Of a stretch of 64,000 nt of DNA, positions 8,414 through 20,532 are shown piece after piece (position 1 is the stretch's first letter; each line of letters opens with the position of its first letter). Source of the DNA: Nitrospinales bacterium (lineage in GTDB: Bacteria > Nitrospinota > Nitrospinia > Nitrospinales > VA-1); contig CBDCWG010000012.1 of the NCBI GenBank assembly GCA_965223345.1, positions 2,496,001 to 2,560,000 of the forward strand, read 5' to 3'. The translations under genes and the position numbers were made by a program. Below the pieces are notes generated by a model, which ran no database searches, had not been told where the DNA came from, and worked only from the letters and a program-made list of their open reading frames with translations.

Positions 8414-11400
8414 ATGAATCAGGCATTGAATTTCACCGGCACCGAGGCCGCCTCCTTCACGGGAGGCCTGGAAAGGCTGTGCGACTGGCTGAAAAACCCA
8501 CCGGATGCGGCAAAGTCCGTCCTGAAAGCCGAGGGGCTTGCCGGGGCGGCGCGGGCTTTGTTTCTCGCGCGCCTGCACAAGAAAACCAAAAAGCCGATCC
8601 TCGTGTTGACGGCGGACCAGAACACGGGCGAGACCCTGCTGGGCGATCTGAAATATTTTTTCCGCTACGAAAAGTGCAAGGGCGCGCCGCAGTTTTTCCC
8701 GACCTGGGAGATCCTTCCCTACGAACACATTTCCCCGCTCAACGAGGTTTCCGGCGAACGCCTGGCGATCCTGCATCAATTGATGGAAGGGACGTGCCCG
8801 TTTCTCGTGGTGCCGGTGGAAGCGCTGATGCAGAGCGTCATGCCGCGGGCGGTACTCGACCGGCACGTGTTCCCGGTCAAACGCAAGGACACGCTGGACC
8901 GCGAGCTGCTGGAGACGGTGCTGGTGGACAACGGCTACACGCGCGCCCGCATGGTCGAGGACCGCGGCGAGTTTTCCGCGCGCGGCGACATCGTCGATTT
9001 TTTCCAGCCGTTCGCCGCCAACCCGACGCGCATCGAGTTTTTCGGCGACGAGGTGGAGTCGCTCAGGCAGTTCGACATCAATTCGCAGGTGTCGATCGAC
9101 GCGCTGGAGCACGTGCAGATCCTGCCGGTGCGCGAGGTGTGCCTGGCGCCGGAGGACAGGGAACGGGCGGTGGAGCGGATTCTCGCGCGCGGGCGCGAGC
9201 AGTGCGTGGAGCCGGCCAAGCTGGCGGAGCTGACGGACAGGATCGAAAATCGCGGCGCGTTTGCAGGCATCGAGACGCTGGCGCCGTTTTTCTATGAAAG
9301 CAAGGAAACGCTGTTCGATTATTTCAGCTCCGAGTTTCTGCTGGTGGTCGATGAAGAGGAATCGGTGAGCTTAAAATGCGAGCAGTATCAGGAGCTGATC
9401 GAGACCGAATACGAAAATGCGCTGGATCGCGACGATGTGGCGGCGCGGCCGGAGGCGTTTTACCTGTCTCCAGTGGAAGTGCAGGAGCGCATGGCGCAAC
9501 TGCACGCAATCGAGCTCAATGCGCTCAAACTGTCCAGCCCGGAAGAGGAGGGCGTGGTGCAGTTTCAGGTGAAGTCGATCCCGCAACTGCGCGGCCAGTT
9601 CGAGCGCTTCGCCGAGCAGGCGCTCAAATGGGCGGAAGAGGGGATCGAGCCGGTGATCGTCGCGCCGACGCGCGGGCAGGTGCGCCGCATGCACCAGCTG
9701 CTGGACGAGTACGGCCTGAAGATGGACGTCGATCTGGGCTACATCAGCTCGGGTTTTCAGATCGGCGACCTCAACCGGGCGTTCGTGGCGGAAAGCGAGA
9801 TCTTCGGCCGCTCGCACAAACACCGCTACCGGCGCAAGCCCAAGTCGCAGAGTTTTCAGCGCGGGTTCAAGGATCTCAAGCCGGGCGATTACCTGGTGCA
9901 TATCGAATACGGCATCGGTCGCTACCTCGGCACCAAGGAAATCCAGACCGGCGTCGGCGGCGGGGAGTTTCTCGACATCCAGTACGCGGACGACGAGAAG
10001 CTGTACATTCCGATGGACGGCCTGGGTTACATCCAGCGTTTCGTCGGCGCGGGCGACGCGCCGCCGCCGCTCAGCAAGATGGGCAGCGTCGCCTGGAAGC
10101 GGCAGAAGGCCAAGGCGAAGGAGTCGATCCAGGAAATGGCGGAGGATCTGCTCAAGCTGTATGCCACGCGCGAGATGAGCGAGCGCAAGGCCTATCCCGG
10201 CAATCCGGTGGCGGGGCAGGAGTTCGCCGATTCGTTCGAATTCGAGGAAACGGAGGATCAGCTCAAGGCCATCGAGGAGCTGGAAGAGGATCTGGAAAAG
10301 GACAAGCCGATGGACCGGCTGGTGTGCGGCGATGTCGGCTACGGCAAGACCGAGGTCGCCATGCGGGCGGCGTTCAAGGTGGTGTACGAGAAAAAGCAGG
10401 TGGCGGTGCTGGTGCCGACCACGATCCTGGCGCAGCAGCACCTCAACACGTTTCAGGAGCGTTTCCGCAATTACCCGGTCACGATCGAGCAGGTGAGCCG
10501 GTTCAAAAGCGCCAAAGAGCAGAAGGAAACCCTGAAGCGGCTGGAAAAGGGCCAGGTGGACATCGTCATCGGCACGCACCGGCTGTTGTCCAAGGACGTG
10601 AAATTCGCCGATCTGGGGCTCATCATCATCGACGAGGAACAGCGCTTCGGCGTGAAGCACAAAGAGAAGCTGAAAAAACTGCGCGCCTCGGTGGACATCC
10701 TCACGCTCACCGCCACCCCCATTCCGCGCACCCTGCATTTTTCCCTCATGGGCGTCCGCGACCTCAGCGTCATCGAAACGCCGCCGATCGACCGGCTGGC
10801 GGTGAAGACCTTCGTGCGCAAGTTCGACGAAAAAGTCATCCGCGAAGCCATCCTGCGCGAGCTGGACCGCGGCGGGCAGGTATTTTTCGTGCATAATAAA
10901 GTTAAAAGCATCTATTCCGTTAAAGAATTGATTCTTTCGATCGTTCCGCATGTCCGCATCGGCATCGCGCACGGCCAGCTTCCGGAAAAGCAGCTCGAAG
11001 ACGTGATGAAGAAATTCATGGATCACGAGATCGACCTGCTTTTGGCCACCTCCATCATCGAATCGGGGCTGGACATTCCGGCGGCCAACACCATCATCAT
11101 CAACCGCGCCGATGCGTTCGGGCTGGCTCAGTTGTACCAACTGCGCGGCCGGGTCGGGCGCTACAAGCATCAGGCCTATGCGTACCTGCTGGTTCCGGGG
11201 ATGCTGGCCATCAGTTCCGAGGCGCGCAAGCGCATCGCCGCCATCGAGGAAATGAGCGAACTGGGCTCGGGGTTCCAGCTGGCGGCGCGCGACATGGAGA
11301 TCCGTGGCGTCGGCAACATGCTGGGCCACAAGCAGTCCGGGCACATCGCCAGCATCGGCTTCGACCTGTACTCCAAGCTGATCGAGGAAACGGTCAAGGA

Positions 11401-11872
11401 AATCAAGGGCGAAAAGAGCGACGTGCGGATCGAGCCGGAGATCGACCTGATGATCCGCGGGTTTTTGCCCAAGGATTACATCGAGGACCTCAACCAGCGC
11501 CTCGAGGTCTACCGGCGGGTGCAGACCATTCACGATCTGGACGAATGCGACGCGCTCACCGAGGAACTTTCCGACCGCTACGGCCCGCTGCCGGAGCCGG
11601 CGCAAAAACTGCTGGCCCTGTTGAAAATACGGGTGTTGTGCCAGAAGCTGCATTTTTCCAAGGTGGAAGTCAAAGGGGGCGACGCCTGCCTCACCATCGA
11701 ACCGGGAACGCCGATCGCCCCCGAGGTCCTCGCCGCAATGGTGGACCCCAGATTGAGATTGGCCTCGGAATTTCAAATCAATATCAAAATCGACCGTCAA
11801 GGCTGGAGGGAAGACATTGAAATCGTCGAACACTACCTGTCGGCACTCAACGAAGCGAGCGGGAAACCTTGA
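8414..11872 (+). CDS. mfd: Transcription-repair coupling factor
   Basis: UvrB-like N-terminus, CarD/RID (VHIEYGIGRY), GDVGYGKTEVA, DEEQRFG, QLRGRVGR, TRCF C-terminus. Confidence 0.97.
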   Translation: MNQALNFTGTEAASFTGGLERLCDWLKNPPDAAKSVLKAEGLAGAARALFLARLHKKTKKPILVLTADQNTGETLLGDLKYFFRYEKCKGAPQFFPTWEILPYEHISPLNEVSGERLAILHQLMEGTCPFLVVPVEALMQSVMPRAVLDRHVFPVKRKDTLDRELLETVLVDNGYTRARMVEDRGEFSARGDIVDFFQPFAANPTRIEFFGDEVESLRQFDINSQVSIDALEHVQILPVREVCLAPEDRERAVERILARGREQCVEPAKLAELTDRIENRGAFAGIETLAPFFYESKETLFDYFSSEFLLVVDEEESVSLKCEQYQELIETEYENALDRDDVAARPEAFYLSPVEVQERMAQLHAIELNALKLSSPEEEGVVQFQVKSIPQLRGQFERFAEQALKWAEEGIEPVIVAPTRGQVRRMHQLLDEYGLKMDVDLGYISSGFQIGDLNRAFVAESEIFGRSHKHRYRRKPKSQSFQRGFKDLKPGDYLVHIEYGIGRYLGTKEIQTGVGGGEFLDIQYADDEKLYIPMDGLGYIQRFVGAGDAPPPLSKMGSVAWKRQKAKAKESIQEMAEDLLKLYATREMSERKAYPGNPVAGQEFADSFEFEETEDQLKAIEELEEDLEKDKPMDRLVCGDVGYGKTEVAMRAAFKVVYEKKQVAVLVPTTILAQQHLNTFQERFRNYPVTIEQVSRFKSAKEQKETLKRLEKGQVDIVIGTHRLLSKDVKFADLGLIIIDEEQRFGVKHKEKLKKLRASVDILTLTATPIPRTLHFSLMGVRDLSVIETPPIDRLAVKTFVRKFDEKVIREAILRELDRGGQVFFVHNKVKSIYSVKELILSIVPHVRIGIAHGQLPEKQLEDVMKKFMDHEIDLLLATSIIESGLDIPAANTIIINRADAFGLAQLYQLRGRVGRYKHQAYAYLLVPGMLAISSEARKRIAAIEEMSELGSGFQLAARDMEIRGVGNMLGHKQSGHIASIGFDLYSKLIEETVKEIKGEKSDVRIEPEIDLMIRGFLPKDYIEDLNQRLEVYRRVQTIHDLDECDALTEELSDRYGPLPEPAQKLLALLKIRVLCQKLHFSKVEVKGGDACLTIEPGTPIAPEVLAAMVDPRLRLASEFQINIKIDRQGWREDIEIVEHYLSALNEASGKP

Positions 11873-12857
11873 TTTAAAAGGCTGGAGCGGTTTTTCACCG
11901 GCGATCCGATGGGCTATACTGGGGGTGTGGGGCCTGCTGCTTGCGGCCGGATGCACCAACGGCGATTCCCCCGACGGGGTGAAGGACGAGGAGGTGATCG
12001 CCGTCATCAACGATCAGGAAGTGACGGTGGAAAAAGTCCGGCTGGAGTTGAAATCGCTGGAGAAGCGCTACCGGGTCGATCACAGGGAGGACCTGCAGGA
12101 TCACGAGTTTTTGCTGCTCAAGACCAAAGCGGTCAATGAGTTGATCCAGAACACCCTGTTTCAGCAGGCGGCGGATGAGATCGGCATTTTCGTGTCCGGC
12201 GACGAGTTCGAGGAAGCGGTGCTGAAGGCGCAGGACGGCTACCAGCAGGACACCTTCGAGAACTTCCTCGAGATCGAGGACATCTCGCGGGAAAACTGGG
12301 AGAATCGTTTGAAAAACAATCTGTTGATAAAAAAATTGATTGACAGAATGGTCAATAGTAAAGTATCGGTCAGTGAGGAAGAGATTCGGGACTATTTCGA
12401 GAAAAACAAGAAAGAGTTCCATAAAGGCAAGCAGATGCGCGCGCTGCACATCATGGTGGAAACTGAAGAGGAGGCGCTGCGCATTCAGAAGAAGTTGAAA
12501 TCAAAGGGAGCGGACTTTTCCGAGCTGGCGCGGACGCATTCTCTGGCTCCGGAAGCGGTGAACGGCGGCGATCTCGGCTATTTTGAAGAAGGCCACATGC
12601 CCGAGGAGCTGGAAGGCATCTTCAAGTTGAAGGTGGGGGAGGTCAGCAACATTATCCTCACACCCTACGGCAGCCATATTTTCAAGGTGGTGGACAAAAA
12701 ACAGGACCGCCAGATGGGGTTCGAGGAATCGCGCAAGAAAATTCACGACAAGCTGATTGCGGAACGGCGCGAAAAAGCCTTCCACGACTGGCTCAAGAAA
12801 CTGAAAGACAAAGCCCAAATTGAAATCAAACATGAAATCCTCGCGAAAATCAGCTGA
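11817..12857 (+). CDS. PrsA/SurA-like parvulin peptidyl-prolyl isomerase, probable lipoprotein
   Basis: LAAGC lipobox; HIMV, FSELARTHS, GGDLGYF, TPYGSHIFKV; true start probably downstream. Confidence 0.85.
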   Translation: MKSSNTTCRHSTKRAGNLDLKGWSGFSPAIRWAILGVWGLLLAAGCTNGDSPDGVKDEEVIAVINDQEVTVEKVRLELKSLEKRYRVDHREDLQDHEFLLLKTKAVNELIQNTLFQQAADEIGIFVSGDEFEEAVLKAQDGYQQDTFENFLEIEDISRENWENRLKNNLLIKKLIDRMVNSKVSVSEEEIRDYFEKNKKEFHKGKQMRALHIMVETEEEALRIQKKLKSKGADFSELARTHSLAPEAVNGGDLGYFEEGHMPEELEGIFKLKVGEVSNIILTPYGSHIFKVVDKKQDRQMGFEESRKKIHDKLIAERREKAFHDWLKKLKDKAQIEIKHEILAKIS

Positions 12858-14085
12858 TCGTTGGGCGCTCGCCGTCACCGCATTCGCGCTGCTGCTTATG
12901 GCGCAGCCGGCGGCGGCCAAGATCGTGGACCGCGTGATCGCCAAGGTGAACGGCGACATCATCACGCTGAGCAGCGTGGAGGAGCGGGCGGCAGTTCTGA
13001 AACAGCAGCTTGAGTTGTCCGGGGAGACGGTTCCTTCGGACAAGGAGCTGATCAAGGACACGCTCGAGCGGATCATCGAAGAAAAGCTGCAGATCCAGGA
13101 GGCGAAAAAATCCGGCCTGGAAGTGGACGACGAAGCGGTGCAGAAGGCCCTGGATGAAATCAAGACCAAGAACCGGCTCACCGAGGAGCAACTGGGACAG
13201 ATGCTGGAGCTCGAGGGCCGGTCGATGGAGCAGTACAAAGGGCACATCCGCGACCAGATCCTGGTGTCGAAGGTGGTGCGTTTTCACATGGGCAGCCAGA
13301 TCAAGGTGAAGGAAGAACAGCTGAAGAAATATTACCGCGAGCACCAGAGCGAATTCTGGATACCCAAAAAACCGTATGTGCGCCATATCCTGTTCATCAC
13401 CGACGAGACCTTCACCGAAGAACAGAAGCAGATGAAGCGCATCAAGGCCAGGAGCGTGTTGACGGAACTCGAAGCGGGCGCTGATTTTGCGGAACTGGCG
13501 AAACTGCATTCCGAAGATGTTTCCGCCAGTGCGGGCGGCGAACTCGGGTTGGTGGAAAAGGGGACGATGGTTCCCGAGTTCGAGCGCGCCGCGTTTCTGC
13601 TGCGAGAGGGGGAAACCAGCGGCCTGGTGGAATCCCGCTACGGGTTTCATATCATCAAGGTGGACAAAGTGGAGCCGGGCGGAACCCGGCCTTACAGCGA
13701 AGTCAAGGAAGCCATCCGCAGGAAACTGAGCGTCGATGTGCAGAAAGACCGCTACGAGAGCTGGATGAGCGAATTGAAGGAAAATTCCATCATCGAAATT
13801 TCCCTCGCGGACAAATCCCGGGGGGCCACTCAGGCTTCCACTTCCAAATCGCTGACGATCCAGGATGAAGACGGCGATGCCTTTTTCGATGCGGAAGAGC
13901 AGAAAGAATGGGAGGAAGCGTCCCGCTTCATTCAAAACGAGGGAGAGGGGGCGATGCCGGCGGAAAGCGATTATTTTGCAGACATGGAAAAGAAACTGAG
14001 CCGCATCAAGCAACTGCGCCGTGAGGAAAAGATCACGGAAACTGAGTATCAACGAAGAAAGCAGCGGCTATTGGATCAATTGTGA
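12832..14085 (+). CDS. SurA-like chaperone/PPIase with C-terminal extension
   Basis: IVDRVIAKVNGDIIT, RHILF, GGELG, SRYGFHIIKV; SHOCT-like tail. Confidence 0.85.
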   Translation: MKSSRKSADRWALAVTAFALLLMAQPAAAKIVDRVIAKVNGDIITLSSVEERAAVLKQQLELSGETVPSDKELIKDTLERIIEEKLQIQEAKKSGLEVDDEAVQKALDEIKTKNRLTEEQLGQMLELEGRSMEQYKGHIRDQILVSKVVRFHMGSQIKVKEEQLKKYYREHQSEFWIPKKPYVRHILFITDETFTEEQKQMKRIKARSVLTELEAGADFAELAKLHSEDVSASAGGELGLVEKGTMVPEFERAAFLLREGETSGLVESRYGFHIIKVDKVEPGGTRPYSEVKEAIRRKLSVDVQKDRYESWMSELKENSIIEISLADKSRGATQASTSKSLTIQDEDGDAFFDAEEQKEWEEASRFIQNEGEGAMPAESDYFADMEKKLSRIKQLRREEKITETEYQRRKQRLLDQL

Positions 14086-14190
14086 TTTTTGCGGGTCTCC
14101 CTCACGTTCCCCTGCGGTTTTCCCCCCTTGCGCACCGTTCGCCGGTTTTCTCCCTCTGATTCGGTCATTTTATTATCAGGAGCCCAGCGC

Positions 14191-15612
14191 ATGGGCAATC
14201 CATTGGACAAAGCCAGGATCGCCGTTTCCCGGATGATCCCGTGCGGCGATCTCGTACTGGCCGCCGTTTCCGGCGGGCCGGACTCGGTGTGCCTGCTGCA
14301 TCTGCTGAACGACCTGAAAGAGGCGGGCGGCTTCACGCTGTCAGTCGCGCATTTCAACCACCGCACACGCGGCGGCGAGTCGGACGCGGACGCCAATTTT
14401 GTGCAAACGTTGGCCGGACGGCTCGGGCTGCCCATCCACATCGGCTCGGCTGACGTGAGGCGGGAGCGGGCGGATCTCAAGACTTCTTTCCAGGAGGCCG
14501 CACGCATCCTGCGCAGCCGGTTTCTCGAATCCACACGCCAGCGCATCGGGGCCCATCGGCTGGCACTCGGACACACCGCCGACGATCAGGCGGAAACCCT
14601 GCTCATGCACCTGTTGCGCGGCAGCGGTCTCAAGGGGCTGGGCGGCATGCCGGAAGTGCGCGGCGCCATCGTGCGGCCGCTCATCGACTGCAGCCGGGAA
14701 GAAATTCTCGAATACCTGCGCAGCCGGGGGCTCGACTGGCGCACCGACTCGAGCAATCTTGCACCGGACTACCTCAGAAACCGCATCCGCCTGCAACTGA
14801 TCCCCGAGATGCAGCGCTACAACCCGAAACTGCGGGCGCGGCTCACGGAAACGGCGCGCATCCTGCGCGAAGACGAATCCTTTCTTACCGAACACACCGA
14901 AACGCTGTTTGCGCAAATCGCGCGGCCCCTCGCCGGCGGGCAGGGCGTCGCGTTCGAACGCGGCCGCTTCGCAAAGCAGCACGCGGCGATGCAAAAACGG
15001 CTGCTCAGGCGGGCCGTGGCCGGGATCGCCGGGAGCTTGCGCAAAATCGGCGCGGTGCACATCGAAGAGGCGCTGCAGCTGTTTGCGGAGGCCGAGACCG
15101 CCAAGCGCATCCACCTTCCCGGCGGGCTCACCGTATTTGTCGATGCGCAAACGATCACCGTGGAAAAGAATCCAGCAGGCGCGGGGCGCATCTTAACTGT
15201 TACGGAGCCTCTTGAGCCCGTGACTCTCAACATTCCCGGCACGACCGCCTGGAAGGAAGCGGGGATGGAGTTTCAGACCCGCATCGCTCCGGCCGGTGAG
15301 CGGATTGCGGCGCAGACGCTGCCGGGGCTTGCCTGTTTCGATTTTGAAACCACAGGTTCTTCGGTGCTGGCCCGGACCTTTCAGCCGGGCGACCGGTTCG
15401 TCCCTTTGGGAATGCAGGGTCGAAAAAAGGTGAAATCTTTCTTCATTGATGAGAAAATTCCCAGAGAGTTCCGGCGCGCCATCCCCATATTGACAACCGG
15501 GACGGGCGATATTATCTGGATTTATGGGCAGCGGATTTCCGAGCGCCACCGGGTGACGGACCGCACCCGACGGGTTTTGTGGATTAAAGGGGTTGAAATT
15601 TCGGGCCTTTAG
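14191..15612 (+). CDS. tilS: tRNA(Ile)-lysidine synthetase
   Basis: SGGPDS PP-loop, HTADDQAET, RNRIR, C-terminal TilS domain; AGGAG RBS. Confidence 0.95.
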   Translation: MGNPLDKARIAVSRMIPCGDLVLAAVSGGPDSVCLLHLLNDLKEAGGFTLSVAHFNHRTRGGESDADANFVQTLAGRLGLPIHIGSADVRRERADLKTSFQEAARILRSRFLESTRQRIGAHRLALGHTADDQAETLLMHLLRGSGLKGLGGMPEVRGAIVRPLIDCSREEILEYLRSRGLDWRTDSSNLAPDYLRNRIRLQLIPEMQRYNPKLRARLTETARILREDESFLTEHTETLFAQIARPLAGGQGVAFERGRFAKQHAAMQKRLLRRAVAGIAGSLRKIGAVHIEEALQLFAEAETAKRIHLPGGLTVFVDAQTITVEKNPAGAGRILTVTEPLEPVTLNIPGTTAWKEAGMEFQTRIAPAGERIAAQTLPGLACFDFETTGSSVLARTFQPGDRFVPLGMQGRKKVKSFFIDEKIPREFRRAIPILTTGTGDIIWIYGQRISERHRVTDRTRRVLWIKGVEISGL

Positions 15613-15696
15613 GGGCTCAAGAATCGGCCCCCTTCACCCGGCATTTGTGTTAAACTGAAGTTCCGGTTGGAATGATTCTTCATAAAGGAGAAGGCT

Positions 15697-17628
<1,932 letters not shown>

Positions 17629-17754
17629 CGGAGAGCGTTCCTGAGATCCTAACGACTCAAAGACTCCATCTTTCAGCACGGGAATTTCCGGCTGGGAGAT
17701 GGAGTTTTTTTTGTCTTGCACGGGCGCGATTTGGGTTAAATTAGTGCAGGAAAA

Positions 17755-18630
17755 ATGTCCGCCCTGAACCATCTGGAAAAAATCGTGCTTTCTCATTCCG
17801 GTAAAAACAGAGACGCCGCCCGGACCGCCATCATGGGCATCATCAACCTGTCGCAGGATTCCTTCTACGGCAAAAGCCGCGCCGCCACGGTGCAGGACGC
17901 TGTGAAGCAGGCGGAACTTTTTGTGGAAGAGGGCGCTGCGATGCTGGACATCGGCGCCGAGAGCACGCGGCCGGGTTCGCGTCCGGTGTCCGAGGATCTG
18001 GAAGCGCAGCGGCTGATCCCGGTGGTCGCGCAAATCCGCAAACGGTTCGCTTCGGTGCCGCTGTCGGTGGACACCTACAAGCCTTCGGTGGCCGAGCAGG
18101 TGTTGTCCGAAGGGGCGACTATCATCAACGACGTCACCGGGCTGCAAAAGCACTCCGCCATGGCGGGTATCATCGGCCGGTTCAAGGCGGGCGTCATCCT
18201 GATGCACATGCAGGGAACGCCGCGCACGATGCAGGAAAACCCGAAGTACGAGGACCTGATCCGCGACATCATCGCCTACCTTGAAAAAAGCGTGCGCATC
18301 GCCGAGAATGCGGGCATCGCGCCGGATCGCATCTGGGTGGATCCGGGCATCGGTTTCGGCAAGCTGCCCGCGCACAACCTTGAAATCATCCGCAGGCTGG
18401 GCGACCTTGCGGTGCTCAAGCGGCCGATCCTGGTGGGGGTGTCGCGCAAATCCTTCATCGGTAAGGTTCTCGATCTCGCCGTGGACGAGCGGCTGGAAGG
18501 ATCGCTGGCGGCGGCGGTGGTGGCGGTGATGAACGGGGCGGCGGTGATCCGCACGCACGACGTCGCGGCGACGTACCGGGCGGTGAAGATGGCTCAGGCC
18601 ATTCTTAGAATCGAGGAAGGAGTGTCATGA
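17755..18630 (+). CDS. folP: Dihydropteroate synthase
   Basis: IMGIIN...DSF, GAESTRPG, DPGIGFGK, SRKSF, IRTHDV. Confidence 0.95.
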   Translation: MSALNHLEKIVLSHSGKNRDAARTAIMGIINLSQDSFYGKSRAATVQDAVKQAELFVEEGAAMLDIGAESTRPGSRPVSEDLEAQRLIPVVAQIRKRFASVPLSVDTYKPSVAEQVLSEGATIINDVTGLQKHSAMAGIIGRFKAGVILMHMQGTPRTMQENPKYEDLIRDIIAYLEKSVRIAENAGIAPDRIWVDPGIGFGKLPAHNLEIIRRLGDLAVLKRPILVGVSRKSFIGKVLDLAVDERLEGSLAAAVVAVMNGAAVIRTHDVAATYRAVKMAQAILRIEEGVS

Positions 18631-19367
18631 CACGTTTGTTCGTCAATGTGGACCATGTGGCCACGATCCGGGAAGCCCGGAAAACCACGGAACCGGACCC
18701 GGTGCAGGCGGCGCTGCTGGCGGAAAAAGCCGGTGCGGACGGCATCACCGTTCATCTGCGGGAAGACCGGCGGCACATTCAGGACCACGATCTCACACGC
18801 ATCGCCAAGGCGATCCGCACGCCGCTCAACCTGGAGATGGCGCCTGTGGAAGAGATGGTGCGCATCGCGCTCGAGGTGCGGCCTTATCAGGTGTCGCTGG
18901 TGCCGGAAAAACGCCAGGAGATCACCACCGAGGGAGGGCTGGATGTGCGCTCCAGCGAAACCCGGCTTGCTGAAATGCGCGGGCGCATGAAAGCGGCGGG
19001 CATCCGCTTCAGCCTGTTCGTGGACCCGGAGCCGGAACAGATCCGCGCCTGTCAGCGCATCGGTGCGGACAGCATCGAGATCAACACCGGGCCCTATTCG
19101 GAGTTGCAGACAGACGCGCAGGTCGCGGAGGAGATCAAACGCATTCAGGACGCCGCCGCGTTGGCGTCGCAGCTCGGCCTTCAGGTGTTCGCGGGTCACG
19201 GGTTGAACCCGGAGAACGTGCGCGCCATCGCCGCGATCGCCGAGATCGAGGAACTCAATATCGGGCACAACCTGGTGGCGCGTTCGGTCTATCTGGGTAT
19301 GGAACGGGCGGTTCAGGAAATGATACGGTCGATCGCGCAGGGAGAAAGCGCTGTGGTGAAAGGGTGA
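18627..19367 (+). CDS. pdxJ: Pyridoxine 5'-phosphate synthase
   Basis: VNVDHVATIRE, HLREDRRHI, TTEGGL, AGHGL, ELNIGH. Confidence 0.96.
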   Translation: MTRLFVNVDHVATIREARKTTEPDPVQAALLAEKAGADGITVHLREDRRHIQDHDLTRIAKAIRTPLNLEMAPVEEMVRIALEVRPYQVSLVPEKRQEITTEGGLDVRSSETRLAEMRGRMKAAGIRFSLFVDPEPEQIRACQRIGADSIEINTGPYSELQTDAQVAEEIKRIQDAAALASQLGLQVFAGHGLNPENVRAIAAIAEIEELNIGHNLVARSVYLGMERAVQEMIRSIAQGESAVVKG

Positions 19368-19459
19368 TACAGGTTTCACTTATTTTATCGATCCAACTTG
19401 CAACTTTTGCGGTATAATCTTTTCTCAATTCCCATCTCATTGTCTGGAAACGATTTATA

Positions 19460-20242
19460 ATGCACAAGGGGCGCAAGAACTCCAACCTCGCGGAAGAAAA
19501 CATCGCTGCGCGCGAAAAAGGTCTGCTGACGGTGCGCGAATTCGAACGGGTCGCGCAGACCTTCAAAACCGTTCTGCTCTATAAAGAAGAGATCGGCAAA
19601 GCTCTGGAAGAAGAGCGCGATGCGCTGCGTCACAAATTGCGGCAGAACTCAGCCAACCTGGAAACTTTGGACCGCAACATCGAAATCTACAACCAGAACA
19701 GTGAAAAAGTGCGCGCCAATCTGGAACGGTTGGACAAACAGGAATTGCGCCTGCGCGAGGAATACGAAAAACTGCTGCGCGGCCCGAGGCTCGATGGGGA
19801 AGAATCGCTGCACGCGCGCAATGCGCTGGACCGGGAAACGCTGTTGTCGCGCCGGGACGTGCTGATCGACAATCTGAAGAAAAAATTCGACAAGCTCGAT
19901 GAAGAACTGCTGACGCTGGAAAACCTGCGCAAGGAACTGGGGCGCGCCAGCGAGGAAATCGCGGTCAAGAAGATCGAAGCCATCAAACGGAAAGACGTGC
20001 TGGAGGAGATCAACAAGAAGATTTTCGAGGACGTCCGCCGGGTGGAAAAGGAGCTGGACACGACGGTGCAGGAAGAGTCCGTGCTGGTGGAGCAGTTCCA
20101 GAAAATGGTGGCCAGCGTCGAGCGCTGCCTGGAGATGGACGACAGGACCGACCACGTCTTGTTTTCGTCTTTGACCGCGGCGCAGACGGCGGTGTCCGGG
20201 AACAACCACAACGCCAAAGCGGCTTCGATGGAGCAGGATTGA
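19460..20242 (+). CDS. Hypothetical coiled-coil protein
   Basis: E/K/L-rich heptads throughout; host codon usage. Confidence 0.75.
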   Translation: MHKGRKNSNLAEENIAAREKGLLTVREFERVAQTFKTVLLYKEEIGKALEEERDALRHKLRQNSANLETLDRNIEIYNQNSEKVRANLERLDKQELRLREEYEKLLRGPRLDGEESLHARNALDRETLLSRRDVLIDNLKKKFDKLDEELLTLENLRKELGRASEEIAVKKIEAIKRKDVLEEINKKIFEDVRRVEKELDTTVQEESVLVEQFQKMVASVERCLEMDDRTDHVLFSSLTAAQTAVSGNNHNAKAASMEQD

Positions 20243-20279
20243 CGGTGTTTTTCATGCCCTGTGCAGGAAAAGGTTCCTG

Positions 20280-20308
20280 TTGACTTGAATTTATAAATTT
20301 TGCATAAT
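20280..20308 (+). promoter_or_regulatory. Sigma70-like promoter TTGACT-N17-CATAAT upstream of gap
   Basis: Near-consensus hexamers with 17-bp spacer. Confidence 0.7.
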
Positions 20309-20357
20309 CGGACGAAATTCCGCACCGAGGGGGCGGTTTGAGAGCCCCTGTTCCTTG

Positions 20358-20385
20358 AGGATACCTTGAGCGTATCCTTTTTTTT
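20358..20385 (+). terminator. Intrinsic terminator-like hairpin in the gap leader
   Basis: AGGATAC-cttgagc-GTATCCT followed by 7 T. Confidence 0.65.
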
Positions 20386-20532
20386 GATCGTAATTATTTG
20401 AAACGTAAGGATTTTTAGTATCCCCCATCCCGGGATCGATCCGCAATCACCGGACCCCGTTTTCTATTCTTCTCTCAGGGAAAAGCTCACGCGTATGGAA
20501 GGGGTGCCGTCCGGGCAGTGGAGGTTGACTGC

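Noticed and set aside
9371..12010. Long antisense ORFs (also 40889-44188, 29219-31141, 20536-22365, 44208-46292)
   Set aside because: They mirror well-supported genes, show no motifs, and are expected from GC-rich codon bias.
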